This document shows, one piece after another, positions 16,372 to 17,580 of a DNA stretch of 17,580 nucleotides; position 1 is the first letter of the stretch, and each line of letters starts with the position of its first letter. Position numbers and translations under genes: made by a program. The notes beneath the pieces are model-generated. The model was not told where the DNA came from, ran no database searches, and saw only the letters and a list, made by a program, of their open reading frames with translations. Source of the DNA: Thermotogota bacterium (GTDB lineage Bacteria; Bipolaricaulota; Bipolaricaulia; UBA7950; UBA9294); NCBI GenBank assembly GCA_039679545.1, contig JBDKUT010000007.1, positions 1 to 17,580 on the forward strand. The letters are read 5' to 3'.

Positions 16372-16502
16372 GAGATTGAATCGACAGGAGATAGTGTCTT
16401 CCGTGCGGCGTGGTTGCCGTCAACTCGGGATGCAGCACCGGACAAAGTGAGGAGGCTCCGGAAGGCGTGAAACGCGGCTGCCAACAGGCGATGTGACGAA
16501 GC

Positions 16503-16682
16503 CCCGAGGTCTGCTGCATCTTCTGTGCCACCTCGAACCCCGTAGAGGTCGTCGTCGCCGAGACCAAGCAAGGCCGCGGCATCCTCGGCGTGATCGACGG
16601 CGCGCCGCCGAAAGGCATCGAGGACGACAAGGGCATCGCTTGGCGCAAAGGCTTCCCGCGCAAGATCGGGTACAAGGGGTAG
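16503..16682 (+). pseudogene. Orphan 3' fragment (59 codons) of the adenosine-specific kinase family gene; right copy of the direct repeat
   Basis: Translates [59 protein letters not shown]. An in-frame TGA at 16494-16496 lies upstream and there is no 5' part. Confidence 0.93.
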
Positions 16683-16876
16683 GGTCCGCCGGTCGCAGAA
16701 CTGCGCCCGCTGCGTGGCAAACTACAGGCTACGAGCTGCCCAGTTCATTTCGGGCAGAAGCACTTGTGGAAACATCAGACTACGCGTCACGCGTTGCGTG
16801 TACGCTCTCGCGAGCGGCCAAACAGGGTTGGCCGATACCGGGCCAAGGGAGGAGGACGGCAAAACCGTAACGTTAG

Positions 16877-17428
16877 CACCTCCTCGAACTGGCCCGGTAT
16901 GTGGTGCTGAACCCCGTGCGGGCGCGAGCTGTGCGGAGCGTCCGCGACTGGCCGTGGTCAAGCTACCGCGCAACAGCAGGGATGGCGGAAGTACCCAAGT
17001 TCCTCACGACTGACTGGATTCTTTCGCAGTTCCATCGGACCCCACGCCGCGCAATCGAGCTCTACCACGAGTTCGTAAAGCAGGGCCGCGGCGTCAACGC
17101 CTGGACCGAGCTGCGGGGCGGCATCCTGCTCGGTACCGACGAGTTCGTCGACAAGCTGAAGCCGCTCCTCTCAGACTACGAGGCGCTGAAAGAGATCCCA
17201 CGCCGCGAGCGTCTTGCTGCCCGACCGAGCCTTGACGAGCTGTTCTCCAAGGTGCGTGACAAGAAGGCACGCAACAGGCAGATCCACGCGGCCGTCCGCG
17301 TTCACGAGTACACGCTTCAGGCGGTCGCCGACTTCCTTGGCCTTCACTACTCGACCATCAGCGTCATCGCCAAGCGCGTCGCCGCCGACCGGAGAACACA
17401 AAAAGTGAAGATCTCGTACATTGCGTAG
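16877..17428 (+). pseudogene. 5'-truncated Y1 (HUH) / REP-associated tyrosine transposase-like gene with C-terminal HTH
   Basis: HLLELARYVVLNPVRA...DWPWSSYRATAG...LG.DEFV...YTLQAVADFLGLHYSTIS matches the C-terminal half of RAYT-like Y1 transposases. In-frame TAG at 16874-16876. The N-terminal HUH part is absent. Confidence 0.82.
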
Positions 17429-17580
17429 GCGTTGACGAAGCCGGTTGCTCTCTAGACTAGTGACGGATGGAGAGTCTGTCGGGTGGGCAGGTCGGTGAAG
17501 ATCGGAACGGCACTTGTGCCAGTTCGTGGGTCAGATGGACCGCCCTCCCACAAGCCCGGACAGCATCTGGAGCGCAGCTC

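Larger units (their letters stand above)
14638..16501. mobile_element. Small inserted cassette (islet) bounded by the duplicated gene 3' end; no integrase visible
   Basis: Flanking 180-bp direct repeats. Visibly more A/T-rich with different codon style than the housekeeping genes. Only unknown ORFs inside. Confidence 0.7.

Noticed and set aside
14458..16682. Diversity-generating retroelement (VR/TR pair)
   Set aside because: Mismatches are not adenine-specific, many are synonymous C/T or C/G changes, and no reverse transcriptase is in the window.
16467..16682. Expression of the orphan kinase fragment from GTG 16467 via TGA readthrough or selenocysteine
   Set aside because: The in-frame TGA is outside the homologous region, the upstream residues are unrelated, and I see no SECIS-like evidence.
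16480..16880. Integron attC sites (GCCAAC at about 16480, CGTTAGC at about 16871)
   Set aside because: No paired R''/R' and L boxes forming the required imperfect hairpin, and no integrase.
17432..17458. Promoter TTGACG...TAGACT at the window end
   Set aside because: The spacer is only 15 nt and no downstream gene is visible in the window.
1..17580. CRISPR array, tRNA, rRNA, T-box or FMN riboswitch
   Set aside because: No regularly spaced repeats or recognisable RNA-gene signatures were seen in the intergenic regions.

Overview
High-GC bacterial chromosome segment, probably from an anaerobe because it encodes a class III RNR. Positions 1-14637 are housekeeping genes: trpS (5'-truncated by the window), nrdG-nrdD (-), rpsT-secF-recJ (+), mnmE-jag-yidC (-), then riboflavin synthase-ribBA-ribH-hisS-adenosine-specific-kinase-family gene (+). 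The accessory part starts at about 14640. A ~1.9 kb cassette sits between the intact kinase-family gene and a 180-bp diverged copy of that gene's 3' end. The cassette holds a 304-aa two-TM protein of unknown function and three tiny ORFs that the ORF track omits or extends upstream (38, 35 and 51 aa). All three end in a shared GP[R/E]DG(DGP) motif written with different synonymous codons, and one has a signal-peptide-like N-terminus. They come with their own sigma70-like promoters, an operator-like inverted repeat and a structured leader. This is the best candidate here for an undescribed peptide-signalling or peptide/receptor module. A 5'-truncated Y1/RAYT-like transposase follows. Smaller oddities: a probable AUU start for rpsT, a 41-bp-period duplication of the jag 3' end, and a Cys/His tail on HisS. 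All calls come from reading the sequence by eye; no database searches were run.
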